A stretch of 60,000 nt of DNA from Squalus acanthias. Lineage: Eukaryota. Below the pieces are notes generated by a model. That model did no database searches. It saw only the letters and a program-made list of their open reading frames with translations, and was not told the origin of the DNA. Location: positions 151,096,001 through 151,156,000 of the forward strand of contig CM059431.1 of assembly GCA_030390025.1 (NCBI GenBank), written 5' to 3'. This document shows, piece after piece, positions 35,313 to 47,800 of the stretch (position 1 is its first letter; each line of letters opens with the position of its first letter). Position numbers and translations under genes: made by a program.

Positions 35313-38300
35313 TTTTTTCCCATGGGTCGCATTCACCTGGGTCCCTTTTCCACTGGATCTCTTTCCCCTGGGACTCTTTTCCTTTGGGTCTCTTTCTCCT
35401 GGGTCTCTTTTCACAAAGCCTCTTTTCCTCTGGGTCTCTTTCACCTGGATCTTTTTTTCCCTGAATCTCTTTCCCCTGTATCTAACTTCCCTGTGTCTCT
35501 TTCCCCCAGAACTCTTTTCCCCTGTGTCCCTTTTCCCCATGGTCTCTTTCCCCGTGTTCTCTTGACAACTGGATCTCTTTCACGTGGGTATCTTTTCCCC
35601 TGCGTCTCTCTTCCCCTGGATCTCTTTCCTCTTGGTCTGTTTCCCCTGGGTCTCCTTTCCTCTGGGTTTCTTTTCCCCGGGGTCTCTTTGCCCTGGGTCT
35701 CTTTTCCCCTGGTTATCTTTCCCCTAGATCTCCATTCACTGGGTCTCTTTTCCCTGGGTCTCTTTTCCCCTGGGTCTCTTCCCCGAGCCTCTTATTTCCC
35801 CTGGGTCTCTTTCCCCTGTATCCCATTTCCCTGGATTCTTACCCCTGGTTCTCTTTTCCCCCGGGTCTTTCTCCCCTGTAACTCATTTCCCTGGGTCTCT
35901 TTAACCGGTGACTCATTTCCCCAGGGTCTCTTTCCCCGGGCCTCTTCCCCTGGGTCTCTTTTCCCCTGGGAATGTACTCCCCTGAGTTTCTTTCCTCTGG
36001 TGTCTTTCCCCTGCGTCTCTTTCCGCTGTGTCTCTTTCCCCTGGGTCTCTTTCCCCTGGATCTCATTTCCCTGGGACTCATTCGCCTGGGTCTCTATTCC
36101 CCAGGGTCTCTTTTCCCTTGAATCTCATTCCCCTGGGTATCTTTCCACTGGATCTCATTTCCCTGCGTCTCATTCGCCTGGGTCTCTTTTCCCCTCGTTC
36201 TCTTTCCGCTTTGTCTCTTACCCCTGGTTCTCTTTTCCCCATGGTCACTTTTCCCTGAGTCTCTTTTCCCCTGGGTCTATTTTCCCCAGGGTCTCTTTCC
36301 CCTGGGTCTCCTTTCCCCTTTTTCTCTTTTCCCCTGGGTCTCTATCCCCTGGTTCTGATTTCCCCTCGGTCTCTTTCCGCTTGCTCTCTTTTCCCCTGGG
36401 TCTCCTTCCCCTGGCTCTCTTTTGCCCTGGGTGTCTTTCCCCACGGTCTCTTTTCCCCTGGGTCACTGTTCCCCTGTGTCTCTTTCCCCTGGGTCTCTCT
36501 TCCCCTGGGTCGTATTCACCTGGGTCTCTTTTCCACTGGTTCTCTTTTTCCCCTGGGCCCCTATTCCCCTGTGTCTCTTTTCCCCTGAATCTCTTTCCCC
36601 TGGGTTTCTTTTACACTGGGTCTTATTCCCCTGGGACTCTTTTCCACTGGATCTCTTTCCCCTGGGACTCTTTTCCTTTGGGTCTCTTTCTCCTGGGTCT
36701 CTTTTCACATTACCTCTTTCCTCTGGATCTCTTTCACCTGGGTCCTTTTTTCCCTGAATCTCTTTCCCATGTATCTCATTTCCCTGGGTAGCTTTCCCCC
36801 AGAACTCTTTTCCCCTGGGTCCCTTTTCCCCATGGTCTCTTTCCCCTGGTTCTCTTGACAACTGGATCTCTTTCCCCAGGGTATCTTTTCCCCTGTGTCT
36901 CTCTTCCCCCGGATCTCTTTCCTCTTGGTCTGTTTCCCCTGGGTCTCTTTCCCCTGGTTCTCTTTTCCCCTGGGTCTCTTCCCCGAGGCTCTTATTTCCC
37001 CTGGGTCTCTTTCTCCTGTATCCCATTTCCCTGGATTCTTACCCCTGGTTCTCTTTTCCCCCGGGTCTTTCTCCCCTGTAACTCATTTCTCTGGGTCTCT
37101 TTAACCTGTGACTCTTTTCCGCTGGGTCCCTTTCCCATGGAACTCATTGCCCTGGGTCTCTTTAACCTGGGTCTCTTTTCCCTGGGACTCTTTACCCTGG
37201 CTCTCTTTTCCACTAGATCTCTTTTCACCTGGGTCTCTTTTCCCCTGGGGCTCTTTCCCCCTCGAACTCCTTCCCCTGGATCTCATTTCCCTTGGTCTCT
37301 TTCCCCTGGGTCTCTATTCCCCTGGGTCTCTTTTACCCTTAGTCTCATTCCCCTGGTATCATTCCCCTGTGTCTCTTTTTCCCCTGTGCACCTTTTCCCC
37401 ATTGTAAACTTTTCCCCTGTGAAAGTTTCCCCTGGGACTCATTTCCCAGGGGTCTCTTTCCCCGGGTCTCTTCCCCTGGGTCTCTATTCCCCTGGGACTC
37501 TACTCCCCTGGGTTTCTTTCCTCTGGTCTCTTTCCCCTGCGTCTCTTTCCGCTGTGTCTCTTTCCCCTGGGTCTCTTTCCCCTGGATCTCATTTCCCTGG
37601 GACTCATTCGCCTGGGTCTCTATTCCCCAGGGTCTCTTTTCCCTTTAATCTCATTCCCCTGGGTATCTTTCCACTGGATCTCATTTGCCTGCGTCTCATT
37701 CGCCTGGGTCTCTTTTCCCCTGGTTCTCTTTCCGCTTTGTCTCTTACCCCTGGTTCTCTTTTCCCCCGGGGCCACTTTTCCCTGAGTCTCTTTCCCCTGG
37801 GTCTCCTTTCCCCTGGTTCTCTTTTCCCCTGGGTCTGTATCCCCTGGTTCCGTTTTCCCCTCGGTCTCTTTCCGCTTGCTCTCTTTTCCCCTGGGTCTCT
37901 TTCCCCTGGCTCTCTTTTGCCCTGGGTGTCATTTTCCAGGGTCTCTTTTCCCCTGGGTCTCTTTTCCCCTGTGTCTCTTTCCCCTGGGTCTCCCTTCCCC
38001 TGGGTCGTATTCACCTGGGTCTCTTTTCCACTGGTTCTCTTTTTCCCCTGGGCCCCTATTCACCTCTATCTCTTTTCCCCTGAATCTCTTTCCCCTGGGT
38101 CTCTTTTACACTGGGTCTCATTCCCCTGGGTCTCTTTTCCACTGGATCTCTTTCCCCTGGGACTCTTTTCCTTTGGGTCTCTTTCTCCTGGGTCTCTTTT
38201 CACATAGCCTCTTTTCCTCTGGGTCTCTTTCAAATGGGTCCTTTTTTCCCTGAATCTCTTTCCCCTGTATCTCACTTCCCTGGGTATCTTTCCCCCAGAA

Positions 38301-41300
38301 CTCTTTTCCCCTGGGTCCCGTTTCCCCATGGTCTCTTTCCCCGGGTTCTCTTGACAACTGGATCACTTTCCCCAGAGTATCTTTTCCCCTGCGTCTCTCT
38401 TCCCCTGGATCTCTTTCCTCTTGGTCTGTTTCCCTTGGGTCTCCTTTCCTCTGGGTTTCTTTTCCCCGGGGACTCTTTCCCCTGGGTCTCTTTTCCCCTG
38501 GTTTTCTTTCCTCTGGTCTCCATTCCCTGGGTCTCTTTCCCCTTGGTCTCTTTTCCACTGGGTCTCTTCCCAGAGGCTCTTATTTCCCCTGGGTCTCTTT
38601 CTCCGGTATCCCATTTCCTTGGGTCTCTTTACCTGGTTCTCTTTTCCCCCGGGTCTTTTTCCCCTGGAACTCATTTACCTGGGTCTCTTTAACCTGTGAC
38701 TCTTTTCCGCTGGGTTTCTTTCCCATGGAACTCATTGCCCTGGGTCTCTTTAAACTGCGTCTCTTTTCACCTGGGTCTCTTTCCCCTGGCTCTCTATTCC
38801 CCTGGGTCTCTTTTACCCTGAGTCTCATTCACCTGGTATCATTCCCCTGTGTCTCTTTTTCCCCTGTGCAACTTTTCCCCTGGGTAAACTTTTCCCCTGT
38901 GACTGTTTCCCCTGGGTCTCTTTTCCCCTGGGACTCTTCTCCCCTGGGTCTCTTTCCTCTGGTCTCTTTCCCCTGCGTCTCTTTCCGCTGTGTCTCTTTC
39001 CCCTGGGTCTCTTTTCCCAGGTTTCATTTCCCCTGGGTCTCTTTCCCCTGGATCTCATTTCCCTAGGACTCATTCGCCTGGGTCTCTATTCCCCAGGGAC
39101 TCTTTTCCCTTGAATCCTATTCCCCTGGGTATCTTTCCACTGGATCTCATTTCCCTGCGTCTCATTCGCCTGGGTCTCCTTTCCCCTGGGTCTCTTTCCG
39201 CTTCGTCTCTTTCCCCTGGTTTTATTTTCCCCTGGGTCTCTTTTCCCTGTGTCTCTTTTCCCCTGGGTCTATTTTCCCCATGGTCTCTTTCCCCTGGGTC
39301 TCCTTTCCCCTGGTTCTCTTTTCCCCTGCGTCTGTATCCCCTGGTTCTGTTTTCCCCTCGGTCTCTTTCCCCATGCTCTCTTTTCCCCTGGGTCTCTTTC
39401 CCCTGGCTCTCTTTTGACTTGGGTGTCTTTCCCCAGCGTCTCTTTTCCCCTGGGTCTCTTTTCCCCTGTGTCTCTTTCCCCTGGGTCTCTCTTCCCCTGG
39501 GTCGTATTCACCTGGGTCTCTTTTCCACTGGTTCTCTTTTTCCCCTGGGCCCCTATTCCCCTGGGTCTCTTTTCCCCTCAATCTCTTTCCCCTGGGGCTC
39601 TTTTACCCTGGGTCTCATTCCCCTGGTATATTTCCCCTGTGTCTCTTTTTCCCCTGGGCATCTATTCCCCTGGGTCTCTGTTCCCCTGTGACTGTTTCCC
39701 CTGTGTCTCTTTTCTTCAGGGTTCTTATCCCCTGGCTCTCATTTCCCCGGGTCTCTTTCCCCAGGGTATCTTTTCCCTGCGTCTCTCTTCCCCTGGATCT
39801 CTTTCCTCTTGTTCTGTTTCCAGTGGGTCTCCTTTCCTCTGGGTTTCTTTTCCCCGGGGACTCTTTCCCCTGGGTCTCTTTTCCCCTGGTTTTTATTCCC
39901 CTAGTTCTCCATTCCCTGGGTCTCTTTCCCCTTGGTCTCTTTTCCCCTGGGTCTCTTCCCCGAGGCTCTTATTTCCCCTGGGTCTCTTTCTCCTGTATCC
40001 TATTTCCTTGGGTCGCTTACCCCTGGCTCTCTTTTCCCCTGGGTCTTTTTCCCCTGGAACTCATTGCCCTGGGTCTCTTTAACCTGGCTCTCTTTCCCCT
40101 GGGGCTCTTTCCCCCTGGAACTCCTACCCCTGGATCTCATTTCCCTTGGTCTCATTCCCCTGGGTCTCTATTCCCCTGGGTCTCTTTTACCCTGACTCTC
40201 ATTCACCTGGTATCATTCCCCTGTCTCTCTTTTCCCCTGTGCAACTTTTCCCCTGGGTAAACTTTTCCCCTGTGACTGTTTCCCCTGGGACTCATTTCCC
40301 CAGGGTCTCTTTCCCCGGGTCTCTTCCCCTGGGTCTCTTTTCCCCTGGGACTCTTCTCCCCTGGGTCTCGTTCCTCTGGTCTCTTTCCCCTGCGTCTCTT
40401 TCCGCTGTGTCTCTTTCCCCTGGGTCTCTTTTCCCAGGTTTCTTTTCCCCTGGGTCTCTTTCCCCTGGATCTCATTTCCCTGGGACTCATTCGCCTGGGT
40501 CTCTATTCCGCAGGGTCTCTTTTCCTTGAATCTCATTCCCCTGGGTATCTTTCCACTGGATCTCATTTCCCTGTGTCTCATTCGCCTGGTTCTTTTTTCC
40601 CTGGGTCTCTTTTCCCTGAGTCTCTTTCCCCTGGGTCTCCTATCCCCTGGTTCTCTTTTCCCCTGGGTCTGTATCCCCTGGGTCTGTTTTCCCCTCGGTC
40701 TCTTTCCCCTTGCTCTCTTTTCCCCTGGGTCTCTTTCCCCTGGCTCTCTTTTGCCCTGGGTGTCTTTCCCCAGGGTCTCTTTTCCCCTGGGTCTCTTTTC
40801 CCCTGTGTCTCTTTCCCCTGGGTCTCTCTTCCCCTGGGTCGTATTCACCTGGGTCTCTTTTCCACTGATTCTCTTTTTCCCCTGGGCCCCTATTCCCCTG
40901 GATCTCATTTCCCCTGAATCTCTTTCCCCTGGGGCTCTTTTACGCTGGGTCTCATTCCCCTGGTATATTTCCTGTGTCTCTTTTTCCCCTGGGCCCCTAT
41001 TCCCCTGGGTCTCTGTTTCCCTGTGACTGTTTCCCCTGCGTCTCTTTTCTTCAGGGTCTCTTATCCCCTGGCTCTCATTTCCCCGGGTCTCTTTCCCCGG
41101 GTCTCTTTCCTCGGGTCTCTTTCCCCTGGGTCTCGTTTCCCTGAGTCTCTTTCCCCTGGGTCTCTTTCCGTTGGGTCTCTTTCCCCTGGGACTCGTGCCC
41201 CTGGGTCTATTTCCCCTGGGTGTCTTTCCAATTGGTCTCTTTTCCCCTGGGTCTCGTTCCCCTGGGTCTCTTGTCCACTGGGTCTCTTTCCCCCGGGTCT

Positions 41301-43609
41301 CTTTTCTTTGCCTGTATTTTACATGGGTATCTTTTCCGCTGGGTCTTTTTCCCCTGGGTCTCATTCCTCTGGGTCTCTTTCCCCTGTGTCTCCTTTCCCC
41401 TGGACCTCTTTCCCCTGGTTCTCCTCTTGTCTGGACCTCTTTTCCCCTGTGACTCTTTCCCCTGTGTCTCCTTTCCCCTGGACCTCTTTCCCCTGGTTCT
41501 CCTCTTGTCTGGACCTCTTTTCCCCTGTGACTCTTTCCCCTGTGACTCTTTCCCCTGGGTCTCTTTTCCCCTGGCTCTCTTTCCCCTGGGTCTCATTGCC
41601 CTGGGTCTCTTTTCGGCGGGTCTCTTTTCCCCTTGGTTTCTTTCCCCTGGGATTCATTTCCCTGGGTCTCTTTTCCCCTTTTTCTTCCAACTGCGTCTCA
41701 TTTTCCCTTGGTCTCTTTCCCCTGGATCTAATTTATCTGTGTCTCTTTCCCCTGGGTCACTTTTCCCAGGGTCCCTTTTCCCCATGGTCACTTTTTCCTC
41801 GATCTCTTTCACATGGGGTTTCCTTTCTCCTGGGGCTCTTTTCCCCAGGGTATCTTGCTCCTGGGTCTCTTTTCCCCAGGGTCTCTTTCCCCTGGGTCTC
41901 CTTTCCCCTGGGTCTCTTTTCCCCTGGGTCTCTTTTCTCCCGGGTCTCTTTTCCCCTGTGTCTCTTTCCCCTGTGTCTCTTTGCCCCTGGGTCGCATTCA
42001 CCTGGCTCTCTTTTCCACTGGATCTCGTTCCCCTGGGACTCTTTTCCATTGGGTCTCTTTCTCCTGGGTCTCTTTTCACAAAGCCTCTTTTCCTCTGCTT
42101 CTCTTTCCCCTGGGTCATTTTTTCCCTGAATCTCTTTCCCCTGTATCTCATTTACCTGGGTCTCTTTCCCCCAGAACATTTTTCCCCTGGTTCCCTTTTC
42201 CCCTGGGTCTCTTTCCCCGGGTTCTCTTGACAACTGGATCTCTTTCCCCTGGGTATCTTTTCCCCTGCGTCTCTTTTACCCTGGATCTCTTTCCTCTTGT
42301 TCTGTTTCCCCTGGGTCAGCTTTCCCGCGGCTTTCTTTTCACCGGGGTCTCTCTCTCCTTGGCCTCTTTTCCCCTGGTACTCTTTCCCCTAGCTCTCCTA
42401 TCCCTGGCTCTCTTTCCCATGGGTCTCTTTACCCCTGGAACTCATTTCCCTAGGTCTATTTAACCTGGGTCTCTTTTCCCCTGTTTCTCTTTCCCCTGGC
42501 TCTCATTTCCACTGGGTCTCTTTTCACCCGGGTCTCTTTTCACCTGTGACTGTTTCCTCTTGGAACTCCTTCCCCTGGATCTCATTTCCCTGGGTCTCTT
42601 TCCCCTGGGTCTCTATTCCCCATGCTGTATTTTACCCTGTGTCTCACTCCGCTGGTATCATTCCACTGTGTCTCTTTTTTCCCTGTGCACATTTTCCAAT
42701 GGGTAAACTTTTCCCCTGTGACTGTTTCCCCTGGGACTCTTTTCCCCAGAGTCTCTTATCAGCTGGCTCTCATTTCCCCGGGTCTCTTTCCCCGGGTCTC
42801 TTCCCCTGGGTCTCTTTTCCCCTGGGACTCTGCTCACCTGGGTCTATTTCCTCTGGTATCTTTCCCCTGGGTCTCTTTCCGCTGTGTCTTTTTCCCCTGG
42901 GTCTCTTTCCTCTGTGTCTTTTTCCACTGGGTCTCTTTCCTCTGTCTCTTTTTCCCCTGGGTCTCTTTCCTCTGCTCTCTTTCCCCTGGGTCTCTTTCCG
43001 CCGTGTCTTTTTCCCCTGGGTCTCTTTCCTCTGCTCTCTTTCCCCTGGGTCTCTTTCCGCCGTGTCTTTTTCCCCTGGGACTCATTCGCCTGGGTCTCTT
43101 TTCCCTTGAATCTCATTCCCCTGGGTATCTTTCTCCTGGATCTCATTTCCCTGGGTCTCATTCGCCTGGGTTTCTTTTCCCCAGGGTCTCTTTCCCGTGC
43201 GTCTCCTTTCCACTGGTTCTCTTATCCCCTGGGTCTGTATCCCCGGTTCTGTTTTCCCCTTGGTCTCTTTCCCCTTGCTCTCTTTTCCCCGGTGTCTCTT
43301 TCCCCTGGGTCTCTTCTGCCCTGTGTCTCTTTTCCCCCTGGGCCCCTATTCCACTGGGTCTCTTTTCCCCTGTGACTGTTTCCCCTGTGTCTCTTTTCTT
43401 CAGGATCTCTTATCCCCTGGCTCTCATTTCCCCGGGTCTCTTTCCACTGGTTCTCTTTTCCCTGAATCTCTTTCCCCTGGGTCTCTTCCCCCTGGGTCTC
43501 TTTCCCCTGGGTCTCTTTCCAATTTGTCTCTTTTCCCCTGGGTCTCTTTCCCCTGTGTCTCCTTTCCCCTGGCTCACTTTACCCCTGGGTCTCTTTTCCC
43601 TGGGTCTCT

Positions 43610-44590
43610 CTTCCCCTGGTTCTCTTTCCCCTGGGTCTCATTTTCCTGGGTCTCTTTCTGCCGGGTCTCTTTTCCCCTTGATTTCTTTCCCCTGGGATTC
43701 TTTTCCCAGGGTCCCTTTTCCCCTGGATCTCTTCACCCTGGCTTTCATTTTCCCTGGGTCTCTATCCCCTGCATCTCAGTTCCCTGGGTCTCTTTCCCCT
43801 GGTTATCTTTTTCCCCGGGTCGGTTTTCCCTGAGCCTCTCTTCCACTGGGACTTATTCCCATGGGTCTCTTTTCCCCGGGTCTCTTTCCTCTGGGTTTCT
43901 TTTCCCATTTGTCTCTTTTCTTTGATCCTTTTACTCCTGAGTCTTCTCCCCTGGGTCTCTTTCCCCTGGGTCGCTTTTCCCCTCGGTCTCTTTCCCCTGG
44001 GTCGCTTTTTCCCTGGGTCTTTTTCCCCTGGATCGTTTTTCCCCTGGGTCTCTTTCCCATTGGCCTCTTTTCCCCTAGTTCTCTTTTCCTCGGGACTCTT
44101 TTCCCCTGGTTCTCTTTCCCCTGGGTCTCATTTTCCAGGGTCTCTTTCTGCCGGGTCTCTTTTCCCCTTGATTTCTTTCCCCTGGGATTCTTTTCCCAGG
44201 GTCCCTTTTCCCCTGGATCTCTTCACCCTGGCTTTCATTTTCCCTGGGTCTCTATCCCCTGCATCTCAGTTCCCTGGGTCTCTTTCCCCTGGTTATCTTT
44301 TTCCCCGGGTCGGTTTTCCATGAGCCTCTCTTCCACTGGGACTTATTCCCATGGGTCTCTTTTCCCCGGGTCTCTTTCCTCTGGGTTTCTTTTCCCATTT
44401 GTCTCTTTTCTTTGATCCTTTTACTCCTGAGTCTTCTCCCCTGGGTCTCTTTCCCCTGGGTCGCTTTTCCCCTCGGTCTCTTTCCCCTGGATCGCTTTTT
44501 CCCTGGGTCTCTTTCCCCTGGATCGTTTTTCCCCTGGGTCTCTTTCCCATTGGCCTCTTTTCCCCTAGTTCTCTTTTCCTCGGGACTCTT
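43610..44590 (+). repeat. 490-bp tandem duplication
   Basis: ORF pairs at 43861/44351 and 43922/44412. The landmarks gcatctcagttccc and tttgatccttttactcc each occur twice at offset 490. Confidence 0.88.
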
Positions 44591-44899
44591 TTCCCCTGAG
44601 TCACTTTCTTTTGGGTCTCTTTCCGCTGGATCTCTTTCCCCTGGGTCTCTTACCCCAGGGGCTCTTTTCCCTTGGACTCGTTCCCATGGGTCTCTTTTCC
44701 CCGGGTCTCTTTCCTCTGGGTTTCTTTTCCCATTTGTCTCTTTTCTTTGGTACTTTTACGCCTGAGTCTTCTCCCCTGGGTCTCTTTCCCCTGGGTCAAT
44801 TTTCCCCTGGGTCTCTTTCCCCTGGATCGCTTTTCCCCTGGGTCTCTTTCCCCTGGATCGCTTTTCCCCTAGGTCTCTTTCCCATTGGTCTCTTTCCCC

Positions 44900-47800
44900 T
44901 TGGTCTCTTTTCCCCGGGACTCTTTTCCCCTAAGTCACTTACTTTTGGGTCTCTTTCCGCTGGGTCTCTTTCCCCTGGGTCTCTTACCCCTTGGTCTCTT
45001 TACCCCGGGTCTCTTTTCTCCTATGTCTCTTTTGCCTGGCTCTCTCTCCCCTGGGTCTCTTATCCGCTGGGTCACTTTTCGCTGGGTCTGTTTCCCATGG
45101 GTTTCCGTTCCCCTGGGTCTCTTTCCCCAGGGTCACTTTCCCCTGTGTCTCCTTTCCCATGGGTCTCTTTTCGCCTGGGTCTGTATCCCCTGGGTCTGTT
45201 TTCCCCTCGTTCTCTTTCCCCTTGGTATCTTTTCCCCTGGGTCTCTTACCCTGGGTCTCTTTTGCACAATGTCTCTTTCCCCTGTTTCTCTCTTCCCCTG
45301 GTTCTCTTTCGCCTGGGTCTCCTTTCCCCTTGGTCTCTTTCTCCTGGGTCTCTTTTCACATAGCCTCTTTTCCTCTGGGTCTCTTTCCCCTGGGTCTCTT
45401 TTCCGCTGAATCTCTTTCCCCTTTATCTCATTTCCCTGTGTATCTTTCCCCTGGGTCTCTGTTACCCTGGGTCTCTTTTCCCCTGGGTCTCATTCCGCTG
45501 GGTATCTTTCCCCTGTGCCTCTTTTCCCCAAGGTCTCTTTTCCCCTGTGTCTCTTATCCCCGGGTCTCTTTCCCCAGGGACTCTTTCCCCTGGGTCTCTT
45601 TTCACCAGGGACTCTACACCCCTGGCTCTCCATCCCGCTGGGTCTCTTTTCCCTTTGATCTCATTCTCCTGGGTCTCTTTCCCCTGGGTCTCTATTACAC
45701 TGGGTCTCTTTTGCCTTGGATCTCTTTCCCCTGTGACACTTTTTCCCCTGGGTAACTTTTCCCCTGGGTCTCTTTTCCCCTGGGACTCTATCCCCTGGGT
45801 CTCTTTTGCCGTTGGTCTCCTTTCCACTGTGTCAATTTTCCCTAGGTCTCTTTCCCCTGCGTCTCTTTCCCCTGGGTCTCTTTCCCCAGGACTCTTTTCC
45901 CCTGGGACCCCTTTTCCCCTGTGTCACTTTCCCCGGGGTCTCTTGTCCACTGGGTCTCTTTCCCCTGGGTCTCTTTTCCGTGGGTGTCTTTCCCCTGGGT
46001 CTCTTACCTCTGGGTCTATTTCCCAATGGTCTGATTCGACTTGGTCTCTTTCCCCTGGGTCTCTTTTCCCCTGGGTCTCTTTTCCCCTGGGTCTCTTTTC
46101 CCCTGGGTCTCTTTTCCCCTTGGTCTCTTTCCCCATGGTCTGTTTTCCCCTGGATCTAATTCCCATTAGTCTATTTTCCTGGGTCTCCTTTACCCTGGGA
46201 ATGTTTCCTCTGTGTCTCTTTTCCTCAGGGTCTCTTTTCCCCTGGGTCTCTTTTCCCCTTAGACTCTCCCCGGGTCTCCTTTCCCCTGGCTCTCTTTCCC
46301 TTGGGTCTCTTTTCCCCTGGTTCTCTTTCCCTGGGTCTCATTTTCCTGGTTCTCTTTCCCTGGGTCTCATTTTCCTGGGTCTCTTTCCCCTGGGTCTCTT
46401 TTCCCAGGGTTTCTTTACCTTTGAGTCTCTTTCCCCTGCGTCTCTTTTTCCCGGGGTCTCTTTTCAACTGGGTTTCTTTCCCCTGGGTGTCTTTTACCCT
46501 TGGTCTCTTTCTCCTGGGTCTCTTTCCCCCTCGGTCTCATTCTCCAGTGTCTATTTTCCCTGTGTCTCCTTTCACCTGGGACTGTTTCCCCTGGGTCTCT
46601 TTACCCCAGGGTCTCCTTTCCCTTGCTCTCTTTCCCCTGGGTCTCCTTCCCCTGCGTCTCTTTCACCTTGATCTCTTTTCACCTGTGCCTCATGCCCCTG
46701 TGTCTCTTTAACTTGGGTCTCTTTTCCCCTGTGTCTCTTTCCCCTGGGTCTCTTTTCCCCTGGTCTCTTTCCCCTGGTCTCTTTCCCCTGGGTCTCTTTC
46801 CCCTGGGTCTCTATCCCCTGGGACTCTTTCCCCTGTGTCTCTTTTCCCCTGGTTCTTTTCCCCAGTGTCTCATTCACCTGGATGTGTTTCCCCTTGGTCT
46901 CTTTCCCCATTGTCTCTTTCCGCTGGGTCTCTTATCCCTTGGTCTCTTTCTCCATGGTTTCATTTTCCCTGGTAACTATTCCCTGGGTTTATTTTTCAAG
47001 GCTCTCTTTTCCCCAGGATCTCTTTCCCCTGTTTCTCTTTCCCCAGGGTCTCATTTACCTGCGTCTCTTTCCCCAGGGTCTCATTTACCTGGGTCTCTTT
47101 CCCCTGGGTCTCTTTTCCCGTGGGTCTATTTTCCCTGGGTCTCTTTCCCCTGGGTCTCTTTCCCCTTGGTCTCCTTCCCCTGGTTCTCTTTCCCCCGGGT
47201 CTCATTTAGCTTGCTCTCTTTCCCCTGGGACTCTTTTCCCTGGGTCTCTTTCGCCTGCATCTCTTTTCCACTGGGTCTCTTTTCCAATGCGTCTCTTTCC
47301 CCTGGGTCTATTTCCCTGGCTCCCTTCCCCGGTTATATTTTCCCCTGGGTTTCTTTTACTCTGGATCTCTTTTCCCCTGGTTCTTTTCCCCTGGTTCTTT
47401 TCCCCTGGTTCTATTTCCGCTGGTTCTCTTTTCCACTGTTTCTTTTCCCCAGTGTCTCATTCCACTGGTTGTCTTCCCCTGGGCCTCTTCCCCCTGGGTC
47501 TATTTCCCCTGGCTCGCTTTCCCCAGGGTCTCTTTTCCCATGGATCTCATTCCCCAGGGTCTATTTTACACGTTTCTCCTTTCCCCTGGGACTGTCTCCC
47601 CTGGGTCTCTTTTCCCCAGGGTCTATTTTCCCTTGGGTCTCTTTCCCGTTGGTCTCTTTCAAACTGGGTCACTTTCCCCCGGGACGCTTTTCCCCTTGAT
47701 CTCTTTCCCAGGGTCTATTTTGCCCTGGGTCTCTTTTCCCCTGGGACACATTTGCCCTAGATCTCTTTCCCCTGGTTCTCTTTTCCCCTGGGTCACTTTC

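Noticed and set aside
15317..42237. Recurring TTGACA hexamer resembling a bacterial -35 box, and dense GGTCTC (BsaI) and CCWGG sites
   Set aside because: This is eukaryotic satellite with no matching -10 element. These are simply monomer variants or the consensus, useful only as landmarks or for digestion assays.
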